Assembly: GCA_043813075.1 (NCBI GenBank)
Contig: JBDRLL010000010.1
Location: 96,001-160,000 of the forward strand
Source: Candidatus Altiarchaeota archaeon
GTDB taxonomy: Archaea; Altiarchaeota; Altiarchaeia; IMC4; SCGC-AAA252-I15
Direction of reading: 5' to 3'
DNA length: 64,000 nucleotides
The notes under the pieces are model-generated. The model saw only the letters and a program-made list of their open reading frames with translations, was not told where the DNA came from and ran no database searches. A program made the position numbers and the translations under genes. This document shows positions 28,126 to 37,644 of the stretch, piece after piece. Every line of letters begins with the position of its first letter. Position 1 is the stretch's first letter.

Positions 28126-29052
28126 ATGTTTGACGCTAAGAAGTTCATCGAGGAGAGTGTCGGGGAGATACGCGGTCAGATTGGGGGTCGTAAGACTGTT
28201 ATAGGATTGTCTGGCGGTGTCGACAGCAGTGTGGCGGCCGTACTCGTGCATAAGGCTATCGGGGATAATCTCGTCTCCATCTACGTTGACACGGGTTTCA
28301 TGCGTAAGGGCGAGTCTGATGAGGTCAGCGGGATATTCGCAGGCCAACTGCATCTTAACTTCCGGCTGGTTGACGCCGGCAAGGAGTTCATAAAGGAATT
28401 GAATGGCGTCTCAGACCCAGAGGAGAAGAGGAGGATTATAGGCCACAAGTTCATAGAAGTCTTCGAGCGGGAGGCTAAATCTGAGAAGGCGGTGGTGCTT
28501 GTTCAGGGCACGATAGCCCCAGACTGGATTGAGACGCAGGGCAAGATAAAGAGCCATCACAACCTGACCCTCCCCGGCGGGATGACTCTGGATTTGTGCG
28601 AGCCTTTAAGGGACTTGTACAAGGATGAAGTCAGGATTGTCGCCCGCGAGCTCGGCCTGCCTGAGAGCATAAGCGAGAGGGAGCCTTTCCCAGGGCCAGC
28701 GCTCGCCGTCAGGATTGTGGGGGAGATAACCCCTGAAAGGCTGCGTGTTGTGAGGGATGCGGATGCGATAGTCCGTGAGGAAGTTAGGAAGGGTGGTGTC
28801 GAATGCTGGCAAGGTTTCGCAGCCCTGCTTGAGGGGCGTGTGACTGGCGTTAAGGGTGACAGCAGGGACTACGGGTACATGATTGCGGTGCGTGTCGTGG
28901 AAAGCCTAGACGCGATGACCGCGAACGCTAAGGAAGTTGACTGGAGTGTTTTGAGGCGGATAGCGGACCGGATACCCCGCGAGATACCTGAGGTGACCCG
29001 CGTCCTGTACGACCTCACTAATAAGCCTCCGGCCACAATAGAGTTTGAGTGA
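28126..29052 (+). CDS. guaAB: GMP synthase (glutamine-hydrolysing) subunit B
   Basis: SGGVDSS, VDTGFMRKGE, DPEEKR, IKSHHN, LYKDEVR, PFPGP, KPPATIEFE. Confidence 0.96.
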   Translation: MFDAKKFIEESVGEIRGQIGGRKTVIGLSGGVDSSVAAVLVHKAIGDNLVSIYVDTGFMRKGESDEVSGIFAGQLHLNFRLVDAGKEFIKELNGVSDPEEKRRIIGHKFIEVFEREAKSEKAVVLVQGTIAPDWIETQGKIKSHHNLTLPGGMTLDLCEPLRDLYKDEVRIVARELGLPESISEREPFPGPALAVRIVGEITPERLRVVRDADAIVREEVRKGGVECWQGFAALLEGRVTGVKGDSRDYGYMIAVRVVESLDAMTANAKEVDWSVLRRIADRIPREIPEVTRVLYDLTNKPPATIEFE

Positions 29053-29057
29053 TAATA

Positions 29058-29264
29058 ATGGGCAACGGAAACAGGGAGCTGATTACCGGCGGAGTCATAG
29101 GCGGGCTAGTTTTCGGCGGTAAGGTGATAACAGGGATGTTGTCTCCAATATGCCTCGCCGGTTCTGCGATGTTTCTGACTGTTGGCGGTGTCAAGAAACT
29201 GTATCCTGACAAGAGCCTTTCGCTTAGAAAGCGTGTTAAACTAAGGTTTGCTGAGAATGGGTAA
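29058..29264 (+). CDS. Small Gly-rich membrane protein
   Basis: GGVIGG...SPIC...GGVKK; paralogous to the next ORF. Confidence 0.6.
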   Translation: MGNGNRELITGGVIGGLVFGGKVITGMLSPICLAGSAMFLTVGGVKKLYPDKSLSLRKRVKLRFAENG

Positions 29265-29445
29265 GGGCGATACTGAACTCGCGGTTGGAGGGGCTCTGGG
29301 CGGTCTGGCTGTTGGTGAAGTCCTGGTTCTGGGTGTCGCATGCCCTCTTTGTGTTGTCGGCGCAGCAGTGCTCCTGGCTGCCGGCGGCCTGAAGAAGGTC
29401 CGGACAAAGGTCGGGAAATCATGCGGCAGTCGCAAGATTAAGTGA
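29257..29445 (+). CDS. Small Gly-rich membrane protein with CPLC motif
   Basis: GGALGG...ACPLC...GGLKK; overlaps the previous gene by 8 bp. Confidence 0.65.
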   Translation: MGKGDTELAVGGALGGLAVGEVLVLGVACPLCVVGAAVLLAAGGLKKVRTKVGKSCGSRKIK

Positions 29446-29448
29446 GCA

Positions 29449-30993
29449 TCACCTCCCTATCCTGTCCCTGAACCACAGGTATTCCTTCACCACCCTCTCA
29501 ATGCCTAGTGATATGAGTACTGGTATGAACATCGCGAAAGGCAGGTAGTATCTAATCCAGTCTATGTGAAATACTGAGCCTACTGTCAGTAGGACTATGA
29601 GTATCAGCATCCCAAGTATGCTGTAGTCTCCCACAAACCCGCCGGCAACCTCGGTTCTAATGCCCCTGAAAAGTCTCAATGCCCCGAAGTACACGAAGAG
29701 CAGGTGGAATGCGTAATAGGCGGGGGGTGTTGGAAAATAGTCTGAGTCAAGCAGTATGCCCCTGAAAAACAGGTAGAATACCCTCTTAACCAAAAAGTCT
29801 ATCCTGGTGGGCTCAGGCTCTATGTTGTGTTGCATCCTGATTAGCCTGACTCTATGCAATATCATGTTGTAGGTGTTTCCAACCGGGTCGGAGTAGAGGT
29901 ACGGGTTGAGGCAGACGAAGGCGAATGCAAAGGATGATGACACCAGCAGCCCGATTATTGCCGTGTTGATTATCCTGGCTTGGGGGAGGCGTCTGCCTGC
30001 GGCCAACGCTTTTATGCTGCCGATTAACGCATACCATGCAAGGAGGGTGAAGATTGTCATGATCATGAAAGCCGCGCTGAATTTCACGCTCAAAGCCAAT
30101 CCTGTTGAGACGCCGATCATAGAGGAGATTAATGCTGCTTTAAGGGTTACTCTTCCCTCCTCCTGGGTGGCCCTCATTTTTTCAAAAAGTTTGAATGCGA
30201 GTATCACTGTTATGAGGGAGAAAAAGCAGTATATCATGTCCGGCAGGACCATCTGTGATGTGGGGGTTGTTATCCCGTTAACCAGGAATATCTCGCCGCC
30301 TATGAACGATGCTATCCTGCTTTGGTGGATCATGTGGCAGATTATCATGACGAGAACTGCTGAAATCACCGAGAACGCGAATATTGTCTTTCGTGCCGTG
30401 ATATAGTCTTCATAGCTTATCCGGGTTATTTCTGTTCCCTTCACGTAATCCATCATGTACTCAAGGTACTTTATGTCGTCGTCTACCTCAGAGTAACCCC
30501 TTTTTCCCGTCTCATTCGAGATGCCCTTGAGTGTCGGGAAATAATACAGCATTGTTGAACTGTTATGCCATGATATCATCCCGCCGCTGGAGTTGACGAC
30601 CTTGTGGTTGAAGACGTCCAAAGAGAATCCGAGCACGAACTTGCCTAGGTTCGGCTGGTCGTATACCAATGGACTATGCCAATCCTCGTGGGAAAGGTCT
30701 CTCTTCTTGAAAAACAGGTAGTACATGTACGTGTTGTGCATCCAGGATATCTCATCGATATGCCGTATCCTGTATGCCGGAAATTCGAACAGTTCCCTGG
30801 TGTTCTCCACGAAGCCTATATTCTTGAGGTAGAATCCATGATCCTCCCAGTAAACGCCATCGCTTATGTGAAATACTGTCGCTAGGAATAGGATTACGAG
30901 AATCACGTCGATGAGCCTGTCATTGAGCCTTCTATGCGTATCTGTCTTGTCTTCCACGATACATCTTATTAGTCCATAAAAATTAATATTCAC
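29449..30993 (-). CDS. ArnT/PMT-like membrane glycosyltransferase, paralog of 21635-23455
   Basis: IDEISW, YYLFF..DW, YDQP, LALSVK, LNPYL, WIRYYLP align by eye with 21635-23455. Confidence 0.78.
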   Translation of the reverse strand: MNINFYGLIRCIVEDKTDTHRRLNDRLIDVILVILFLATVFHISDGVYWEDHGFYLKNIGFVENTRELFEFPAYRIRHIDEISWMHNTYMYYLFFKKRDLSHEDWHSPLVYDQPNLGKFVLGFSLDVFNHKVVNSSGGMISWHNSSTMLYYFPTLKGISNETGKRGYSEVDDDIKYLEYMMDYVKGTEITRISYEDYITARKTIFAFSVISAVLVMIICHMIHQSRIASFIGGEIFLVNGITTPTSQMVLPDMIYCFFSLITVILAFKLFEKMRATQEEGRVTLKAALISSMIGVSTGLALSVKFSAAFMIMTIFTLLAWYALIGSIKALAAGRRLPQARIINTAIIGLLVSSSFAFAFVCLNPYLYSDPVGNTYNMILHRVRLIRMQHNIEPEPTRIDFLVKRVFYLFFRGILLDSDYFPTPPAYYAFHLLFVYFGALRLFRGIRTEVAGGFVGDYSILGMLILIVLLTVGSVFHIDWIRYYLPFAMFIPVLISLGIERVVKEYLWFRDRIGR

Positions 30994-30997
30994 CTAG

Positions 30998-32530
30998 ATG
31001 ATGTTGCACGCCACAAATTCCAGATCATTCTCCGTCTTGCTCTGCATTATACTCTCATTTAACCTCATCAACTCCATGTTCCACGTCTTAAACGCCGAAT
31101 TCGATCACGACGAATTCCAGCACATGCACATAGCCTGGAACATACTGGCTGGTAAAGTCGTGTACCGGGATTTCTTCGACCACCATGGCCCCCTATTCTC
31201 AATGCTTAACGGATTCTTCCTCAGGCTGCTGGGCATTGAAGCATCAGTATCCACTCTCTTTTACCTCAGGGCAACCAGCCTCCTGTACATGTCACTGACA
31301 CTGTATCTTACGTTTAGGATAGCCTCCGAAGCCTTAGAGTCAAGGCAGGCAGGCCTTTTGTCGGCGGCAATACTCTCCGGGCTGCTCGTATTCCAACTCA
31401 AGTCAACCGAGTTTCGGCCTGACGTCCTCCAGTCTGTCCTATGGCTTTCAGGACTGTATGTCGTTCTGATGGATTCTGGTGGGGGCTGGAGGAGTCGCCT
31501 CTTCCTGGCGGGGATTCTGTTTGGTGGCGTGGTGATGACCACAATGAAGGGTGTTGTCGGCGTCGCATCAGTCATACTCTACTACCTCGTAGTTTGTCTA
31601 AGGGGTGTCCAAGAATGTGGGCAGTGCACCCGGAATATCCTGTCACTGATTTCAGGCATGCTCGTAGTGTTCCTACTGTTATGCATATACTTCCTCTCTT
31701 ACGGCGCTCTAAGCGAATTCATCTACTATAACACATGGTTTAACCTTCATGCGTTCATGAACCATAATAACGATAATTTCTCGAGCATCATGTTATTCCT
31801 CATGGAAACCCAGCCCCTCTTCGTGGCCGCCGGCCTTGGAGGCCTTTTGATGTTGGGTTGGGGACTTATTATCCCAGGCTCCCGCGGTCCTGGCTATTCG
31901 AGGAGGCTGTTGCTGTTCACGTCCTCCCTGGTTGCTGTTTTTTCCGCGCCACTTGGATTGTATCCGCAGCATTACCTCCTCATACTGCCCCTGTTGTCTG
32001 TCACTTCCGCATACGCCTTCCTCTGGCTTAAGCAGGCTCTTGAAGACGTTAATTCCACTGGCTTCTTATACGTCTTCTCCCTGTTCTTCTTTTTTGCCAG
32101 CATGATATTCGCTTCAGTCAGCTATACCCCCTATGCTCCTTCAGACATCCTAATCAGTCAGGTTGAGCTCACCGAGTTCATCCTCCGGAACACTTCACGC
32201 GATGAGCCGGTGCCTTTGCTCGTGTGGAACAATTGCGGCGGGTTCGTATTCAACGAAGACATCCAGTACTACTGGTCTTCCAGCATGGATATGGAGGATG
32301 TCTTTGAGATGGATGAGGGTTATGACGTTTTTGGCGAGCACCTGACCCGTCTCATGGGGGAGAAAAAAGTTAGGTATGTGCTGTCAGAGGATGTTGACAC
32401 TTCACGCTACGACCAATGGTATGTGGGACACATTATATACCGTGGTACGCCGCCTGAGACAAGGAGGTATGTCGCGGAAAACTTCCATCAAGGCGAAAAC
32501 CCGTGCCTATGGATACGTAATAACGCGTGA
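30998..32530 (+). CDS. ArnT-like membrane glycosyltransferase
   Basis: DHDEFQHMH, YRDFFDHHGPL, EFRPD, YPQHYL; many TM segments. Confidence 0.8.
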   Translation: MMLHATNSRSFSVLLCIILSFNLINSMFHVLNAEFDHDEFQHMHIAWNILAGKVVYRDFFDHHGPLFSMLNGFFLRLLGIEASVSTLFYLRATSLLYMSLTLYLTFRIASEALESRQAGLLSAAILSGLLVFQLKSTEFRPDVLQSVLWLSGLYVVLMDSGGGWRSRLFLAGILFGGVVMTTMKGVVGVASVILYYLVVCLRGVQECGQCTRNILSLISGMLVVFLLLCIYFLSYGALSEFIYYNTWFNLHAFMNHNNDNFSSIMLFLMETQPLFVAAGLGGLLMLGWGLIIPGSRGPGYSRRLLLFTSSLVAVFSAPLGLYPQHYLLILPLLSVTSAYAFLWLKQALEDVNSTGFLYVFSLFFFFASMIFASVSYTPYAPSDILISQVELTEFILRNTSRDEPVPLLVWNNCGGFVFNEDIQYYWSSSMDMEDVFEMDEGYDVFGEHLTRLMGEKKVRYVLSEDVDTSRYDQWYVGHIIYRGTPPETRRYVAENFHQGENPCLWIRNNA

Positions 32531-32541
32531 TCATGCCCTGT

Positions 32542-34032
32542 TCATTTCAGCACACCGTATACAGTGATCTTACCGTCTGAGACTATCCTCTCCAGGTGGC
32601 TGAAGTCAGTGATATTGGCGTGCCAACCCTGCTGGTGCACCACATAGTCCACCCCGTACTGGTCTATTATCCTGTTGAAGTCTTTCTCTCTCGAGGGTAT
32701 CTGCACTGCCCTAGCGTTGAACACGTAGTTCACGTAATACGGGAAGTTGGCCATCACAACGTCTTCTTCCCCAACCCTGCCTTCGAGCATCACGAGGGCA
32801 GGGTATATGCCATCAAAGGTGTTGGACATGAAGTAGACTGCTGAAGTGATGTTGATCAGGACCATGAGGCAGATGGAGGTCACGTAAGTTATCCTCCCAA
32901 TCCTGTCCCTGTATAACTTGAATTTATCCACGAAGAAGAGCTCAAAAACAATCGCGGACGCTATGGAGAAGAATGGGACCAGCGGATAAAGGTATCTGAC
33001 CCTGCCGAATGTTGTTGAAGTCATCAGGAAACTGAGGATGAAGTATGCGAGTATGCTAGCCCAAAATTCCCTCCTACCTGCAACGCGTTTATACAAGTCC
33101 CTCACCATAAGCAACCCCAGGCCGAAGACAAGCGGGTTGGGGGTGAAGAACACGCACCCTCCCACCAGGTTTATGCAGTTCATAAGAACCCAGACGCAGG
33201 TCTCCGTGTTTATCCTGCCCAGTATCATACTCCCTATCGATTCGTTTATCTCCAGTCTTGAGAATAATTCATCCTCCCTCATCGGTATTAGGAATCCTAT
33301 GGCGTGAAAGTGGTTGTAGAAGGGGTTTCCAGTGCTGGCGTAATTTCGGTACAGCCATGGCGAGGAGACAACCAGTGCGACGAGGACGACAGTCAATGCC
33401 CTGCCGACCCCATTCCTAGCCCCTGCCTTGAGGGAGTAATAGATGAATACTACTGGTATGAGCACGAAAGCGGATATCCTGGTTAGGTATGCTAGTCCTA
33501 GGGCAACCCCTGTTATGACAAGCCCCCTCACGCCATCAAACTTAATCATCAGGTAAAGCGTCAGCAGAACAAAGAAGCTGAAGACCGTGTCTGAAAGAAC
33601 CTGGGGCAGGTAAGTCAGCGCGTAGACGTTCCCTGAATAGAATACCGCGGAGACGATTGAAATCCTCCCCGACCCTGTTAACTCCAGTGCGATAATATAC
33701 ACGAGCCCCGCTATCAGGCTTTCGAAGAGGATGTTGACAAGCTGCGCGCTATAAATGCCGGGGCCGAATATCCTGAATGATAATGCCGTCAAATACAGGT
33801 ATACCGGCTGCCGGAAGTAGTATGTCATGGGGAATGAGTCAGACCTAAGTATCAGAGGCCATATAACGTCTACCACCAGGCCCCTGCCCTCGTAGATGCT
33901 TTTCGCGATTGCTAGGTGGTGGTATGAGTCGTAATACAGATTCCCAATTATCGCGTATTTCCAGACCAGTATCAGCCTGAAAACCAGGTTCAATGCCACA
34001 ATAAGCAGGATTATCTTGTGGTTGCGCTTCAT
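32542..34032 (-). CDS. ArnT/GT39-like membrane glycosyltransferase
   Basis: YDSYHH..AKSI..GRG, RQPVY, LAYLTR, PWLYRN..TGNP, RYLYP. Confidence 0.83.
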   Translation of the reverse strand: MKRNHKIILLIVALNLVFRLILVWKYAIIGNLYYDSYHHLAIAKSIYEGRGLVVDVIWPLILRSDSFPMTYYFRQPVYLYLTALSFRIFGPGIYSAQLVNILFESLIAGLVYIIALELTGSGRISIVSAVFYSGNVYALTYLPQVLSDTVFSFFVLLTLYLMIKFDGVRGLVITGVALGLAYLTRISAFVLIPVVFIYYSLKAGARNGVGRALTVVLVALVVSSPWLYRNYASTGNPFYNHFHAIGFLIPMREDELFSRLEINESIGSMILGRINTETCVWVLMNCINLVGGCVFFTPNPLVFGLGLLMVRDLYKRVAGRREFWASILAYFILSFLMTSTTFGRVRYLYPLVPFFSIASAIVFELFFVDKFKLYRDRIGRITYVTSICLMVLINITSAVYFMSNTFDGIYPALVMLEGRVGEEDVVMANFPYYVNYVFNARAVQIPSREKDFNRIIDQYGVDYVVHQQGWHANITDFSHLERIVSDGKITVYGVLK

Positions 34033-34069
34033 CTCTTCTCTTTATTATGCTGATTCACGGAAAAATACC

Positions 34070-35437
34070 TCACTCTCCAGAGGTTCTGGTATTGTCGCAG
34101 GACCTTCTCATATTCCTTAGGCAGAATGACTCTGGTCGGCCGGCCGGGTTGTCCGCGTATAGGGTGCAGGTGTCCGTGAAATCCAGGTCAATGTTGTGCC
34201 TGTCATGGTATCTGCCGAGCATGATGCTGAGTATGCCTCCCGTATTCGAGGATGATGGCGGCTTGCCCAGCATGGATTCAACCGCGAGCTTAAGGCTCTT
34301 TAAGGCGAATGGTCTAGCATGCCTGTTGGACAAGACGCCCGCCAAAATCTTAAAGAACGGGAATTTCCTCATAAGCCAGAACCTACCTGCCAATGATTCG
34401 CCCTCAATCATCCCATTCAACTCCAGTAGTCTACTGTTGACCTCCTTCAAGTCAATGATCCTGTTTATCGGTACTGGAACGTTGTCTACCACGATACTAT
34501 AGCATCTTACCTCGCATTTCGGGCTTCTCCTGCCAGAGCCGCCGAACACCTTCCGCAGCACTTCGAAGAAACCATAGCTGAAGCGGGTGCTATCAATGAA
34601 GTCTTCCTCGCTTATGCCGTAATGCCTGTATAATATGTCTATCATATGGGAGTGGGAGAAGACGTCTGGATCGTATGGGCCGTTAAGGTCCCACATGCTC
34701 TGGAAGTTGACGATTCTCACAGTCCTGCTGTTCTCCACAGCATAGTCTGTGATCTTCTTCACCTGGTCTTCATTCACACCCCTCCTGATTATCGCGTTAA
34801 TCTCAGTGGTCACGTTCAATTCAACCAGGTTTTCCAGCGTCCTCATCTTATGATCGAGGACGTCACTGCCATAAAGCATCTTGCATTGTTCCCTGTCAAA
34901 ACTGTAGAATGATAGTATCACCAGGTCAACGCCTGCATCCTTCAAGCCAGCCACATAATCAATGTCCCTCGTCCTAACACCGTTGGTGAACAACACCACG
35001 TTCTTACCCTTGTCTTTCACGGCCTTGATTATCTCAGGCAGGTCTTCCCTCAGTGTTGGCTCTCCCCCGCAGAGATACACTGAGGATCCTCTGAAGCCAT
35101 CAATCCTCGAGATGATATCCTCCACGCTCGGCTCATCATCTAATGTCCCTCCTGTTTGCGCGAAGCAGTGGGGGCACCCCATATTGCAGTCGAGCGTCAC
35201 GTCTATCACTAGGCCGTCAGGGTCTCCGGACTCCCCCCGCCCCAGTAGGCTGCTCATATTCCAATACAGTCCAGGGCTCTCGTAGAAGTGAAGGGCCTCA
35301 AACTCGCCGTGTTCCCCGCATTTCTTGGAGATCCGCATCCTACCGTCCTTCTCGAATACTATTGCGTCAATCTCCTTCCTGCAGGTCGGGCACAGGCTCC
35401 TCGTCTTCCTGGTTTCCATATCTTCATCCACCATCAT
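34070..35437 (-). CDS. Radical SAM protein, Tes/GDGT-MAS-like, copy 2
   Basis: TRSLCPTC-x20-CGEH; CNMGCPHC; GGEPT; CEVRC...CTLY...SFC. Confidence 0.85.
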   Translation of the reverse strand: MMVDEDMETRKTRSLCPTCRKEIDAIVFEKDGRMRISKKCGEHGEFEALHFYESPGLYWNMSSLLGRGESGDPDGLVIDVTLDCNMGCPHCFAQTGGTLDDEPSVEDIISRIDGFRGSSVYLCGGEPTLREDLPEIIKAVKDKGKNVVLFTNGVRTRDIDYVAGLKDAGVDLVILSFYSFDREQCKMLYGSDVLDHKMRTLENLVELNVTTEINAIIRRGVNEDQVKKITDYAVENSRTVRIVNFQSMWDLNGPYDPDVFSHSHMIDILYRHYGISEEDFIDSTRFSYGFFEVLRKVFGGSGRRSPKCEVRCYSIVVDNVPVPINRIIDLKEVNSRLLELNGMIEGESLAGRFWLMRKFPFFKILAGVLSNRHARPFALKSLKLAVESMLGKPPSSSNTGGILSIMLGRYHDRHNIDLDFTDTCTLYADNPAGRPESFCLRNMRRSCDNTRTSGE

Positions 35438-36749
35438 TCATTGAATATATGTGGTCCATGTCCAAGTCCTCCAGTCTCTTCCTTCCAGTCGAGAATATGT
35501 TGTTCTCGCAGAACGTCAATGTACCCCTCTCAGAGTCGGAGTATAGGTTGCACGTGTCTATGAGATTATAGTCTGCGTTGTATCTGGTCTGTGATGGGTT
35601 CACCACGATACCTATCATGCCTGGCACATTGTCTTTGAACTTTCCACCAAATAGTATCGCATTAAGGAAGCTGGCGGACAATCTTACCATGATTGGGATG
35701 AGTCTGGAGTCAAACAATATCCTCCGTTTCATAATGTTCAGGAATAGGCTGGGGAAGGAGTTGCTCTCATTCAAGGCAGTCGTCATCCCCTCCAAATCCA
35801 GCATCCTATTCAATGGGGTAAAAACACCTTCTCTCACATGGGCATAGCATACCGCCTCGCATAATGCAATACCTTTCCTGTCCACCCTCACCCTGCTTAG
35901 GAAGCTGGTGAGTGTGACATCAAACATTGTGTTGGAGATGAAATCATCTTTAGTGATGCCCAACTCGCTTATCCTGCTGAATATGTCATCGTTCCTAACA
36001 AATTTCCTGTCGAAGCCGGCAGCTCCTTCCGGGGATATGGGGCAGAACAATACCGTCCTCATCCCGTCTGACATTTCACCTGCGAGCTCTAATATGGGCT
36101 TCACCTGGCTTTCATTCAAGTCCTTAACGATAACCACGAAGAAGGACAGCCATATGCTCGTGCCTTCAAGCGATTTCATAGCCTTCCTCTTGACGTCCAA
36201 CAACCTCATGCCCCTCATCCTCTCGTTAATCCCGTCGTCCATGGAGTCCAACTGCAGGAGCACTCCATCCAGCCCCGCCTCGTCAAGCTTCCTTGAGAGT
36301 GTTTCATCAAGCAGCAGTCCGTTCGACAAGAGTATGACCCCGAAGCCCCTTTCCTTCAGGCTCCTGACGATATCCGGCAAGTCCTCCCTCATCGTGGGCT
36401 CGCCACCGTACAACAGGATGTTCCCCCCACCCCACATCCCAGCCTTCCCGATTATATCCTCAATCACCGGCTCTTTTTTCGCGGTGTTGAAGCAGAATGG
36501 GCAGTTCATATTGCACTTGTCTGTAACGTCTATCGTCATGTCCTTTATCGGAGGGTTCAGCCAAGCATCAGAGATTCTCAGCATGTTCTCGTACATATAC
36601 GGGTCGTCCCATGCATGAGGGCATTCAAAAATACCGTGGTCAGCGCACTCCCTTGACACGATGACAACGCCATCCTTGATGCTGATTTCACCGTCAAGCT
36701 TCTTCAGGCAGACCGGGCATAGACTTCTCGTTCTGACAGGCTCCATCAT
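35424..36749 (-). CDS. Radical SAM protein, Tes/GDGT-MAS-like, copy 3
   Basis: TRSLCPVC-x20-CADH; CNMNCPFC; GGEPT; CEAVC...CNLY...TFC. Confidence 0.85.
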   Translation of the reverse strand: MMEPVRTRSLCPVCLKKLDGEISIKDGVVIVSRECADHGIFECPHAWDDPYMYENMLRISDAWLNPPIKDMTIDVTDKCNMNCPFCFNTAKKEPVIEDIIGKAGMWGGGNILLYGGEPTMREDLPDIVRSLKERGFGVILLSNGLLLDETLSRKLDEAGLDGVLLQLDSMDDGINERMRGMRLLDVKRKAMKSLEGTSIWLSFFVVIVKDLNESQVKPILELAGEMSDGMRTVLFCPISPEGAAGFDRKFVRNDDIFSRISELGITKDDFISNTMFDVTLTSFLSRVRVDRKGIALCEAVCYAHVREGVFTPLNRMLDLEGMTTALNESNSFPSLFLNIMKRRILFDSRLIPIMVRLSASFLNAILFGGKFKDNVPGMIGIVVNPSQTRYNADYNLIDTCNLYSDSERGTLTFCENNIFSTGRKRLEDLDMDHIYSMNDGG

Positions 36750-36811
36750 ATCGCCTTTATTTACCTTTTATTTGATAAAATATTACTGTCCTGACGTTCA
36801 GGTGATTTTTA

Positions 36812-37639
36812 GTGGATATTTTAGCGTATCTCACAGGATTTTATCGGATAAAAGATTGGGTCCACCTCCTAGGTCTGGGTTTCATAGGCCTATCCTACTC
36901 CAGTCCCTTCCCCCCTGATGATGGGGCCATACTGGCGTGTGGCATAGTGTCATCACTATACCTTGCATTCGGTTACTCATCAAACACTCTATTCGAGGAG
37001 CACATGGGGAAATCATTAGGCTGCCGTCAGCTACTCCTCTCAATGCTGCCAGCCGCAGTCGGCTTGGCATTCTCCTATCATCTCTCACCCCCACTGGCTT
37101 TCCTATACTCCATTGGGGTTCTGTTTGGCATACTCTACTCTGCCCCCCCAGTAATGGCGAAAGGCATGCCTGTAATCGAATTGTTCTTCAACTCACTACT
37201 ATTCACCCTGATATTCCTGTTCGGCGTTGTGTTGGGTGGCGGTTCTGCGAGCAGTGACGTCCTGTTTTTCTCAGCATTCATCTTCATCATGGTCATCCCA
37301 TTCCAGCTCGTGCAGGAACTCACGGACATGGACCATGACGCGTCAAAGGGCATCAAGACGACTGCAGTGCATATGACGCCCAAGGCAGTCAGGCTTATGA
37401 TGGTTGCGGCCATACTCGTTATCCTACTGTTCTCAGTGGTCATGCCGCCGTGGGTTGGGTTGGACTGGAGATTCACGGTGGCCACCATCCTGTTCGGATT
37501 ATCGTTTCTGCCTTCAACTAGAATGCCATCTGCCAGTGGGAATGCGGACTATGGGCGATTAAGGATTGGCCTTAGATACGCTGGCATCGCATATGGTCTG
37601 TTGCTGGTATTACTGCTCTCTATTAAGCAGGGTTTTTGA
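36812..37639 (+). CDS. UbiA-family prenyltransferase
   Basis: YRIKDW N-terminus, YSAPP..K, second Asp-rich motif QELTDMDHD...GIKT; about 8 TM. First Asp-rich motif is degenerate (SNTLFE). Confidence 0.8.
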   Translation: MDILAYLTGFYRIKDWVHLLGLGFIGLSYSSPFPPDDGAILACGIVSSLYLAFGYSSNTLFEEHMGKSLGCRQLLLSMLPAAVGLAFSYHLSPPLAFLYSIGVLFGILYSAPPVMAKGMPVIELFFNSLLFTLIFLFGVVLGGGSASSDVLFFSAFIFIMVIPFQLVQELTDMDHDASKGIKTTAVHMTPKAVRLMMVAAILVILLFSVVMPPWVGLDWRFTVATILFGLSFLPSTRMPSASGNADYGRLRIGLRYAGIAYGLLLVLLLSIKQGF

Positions 37640-37644
37640 CTGAG

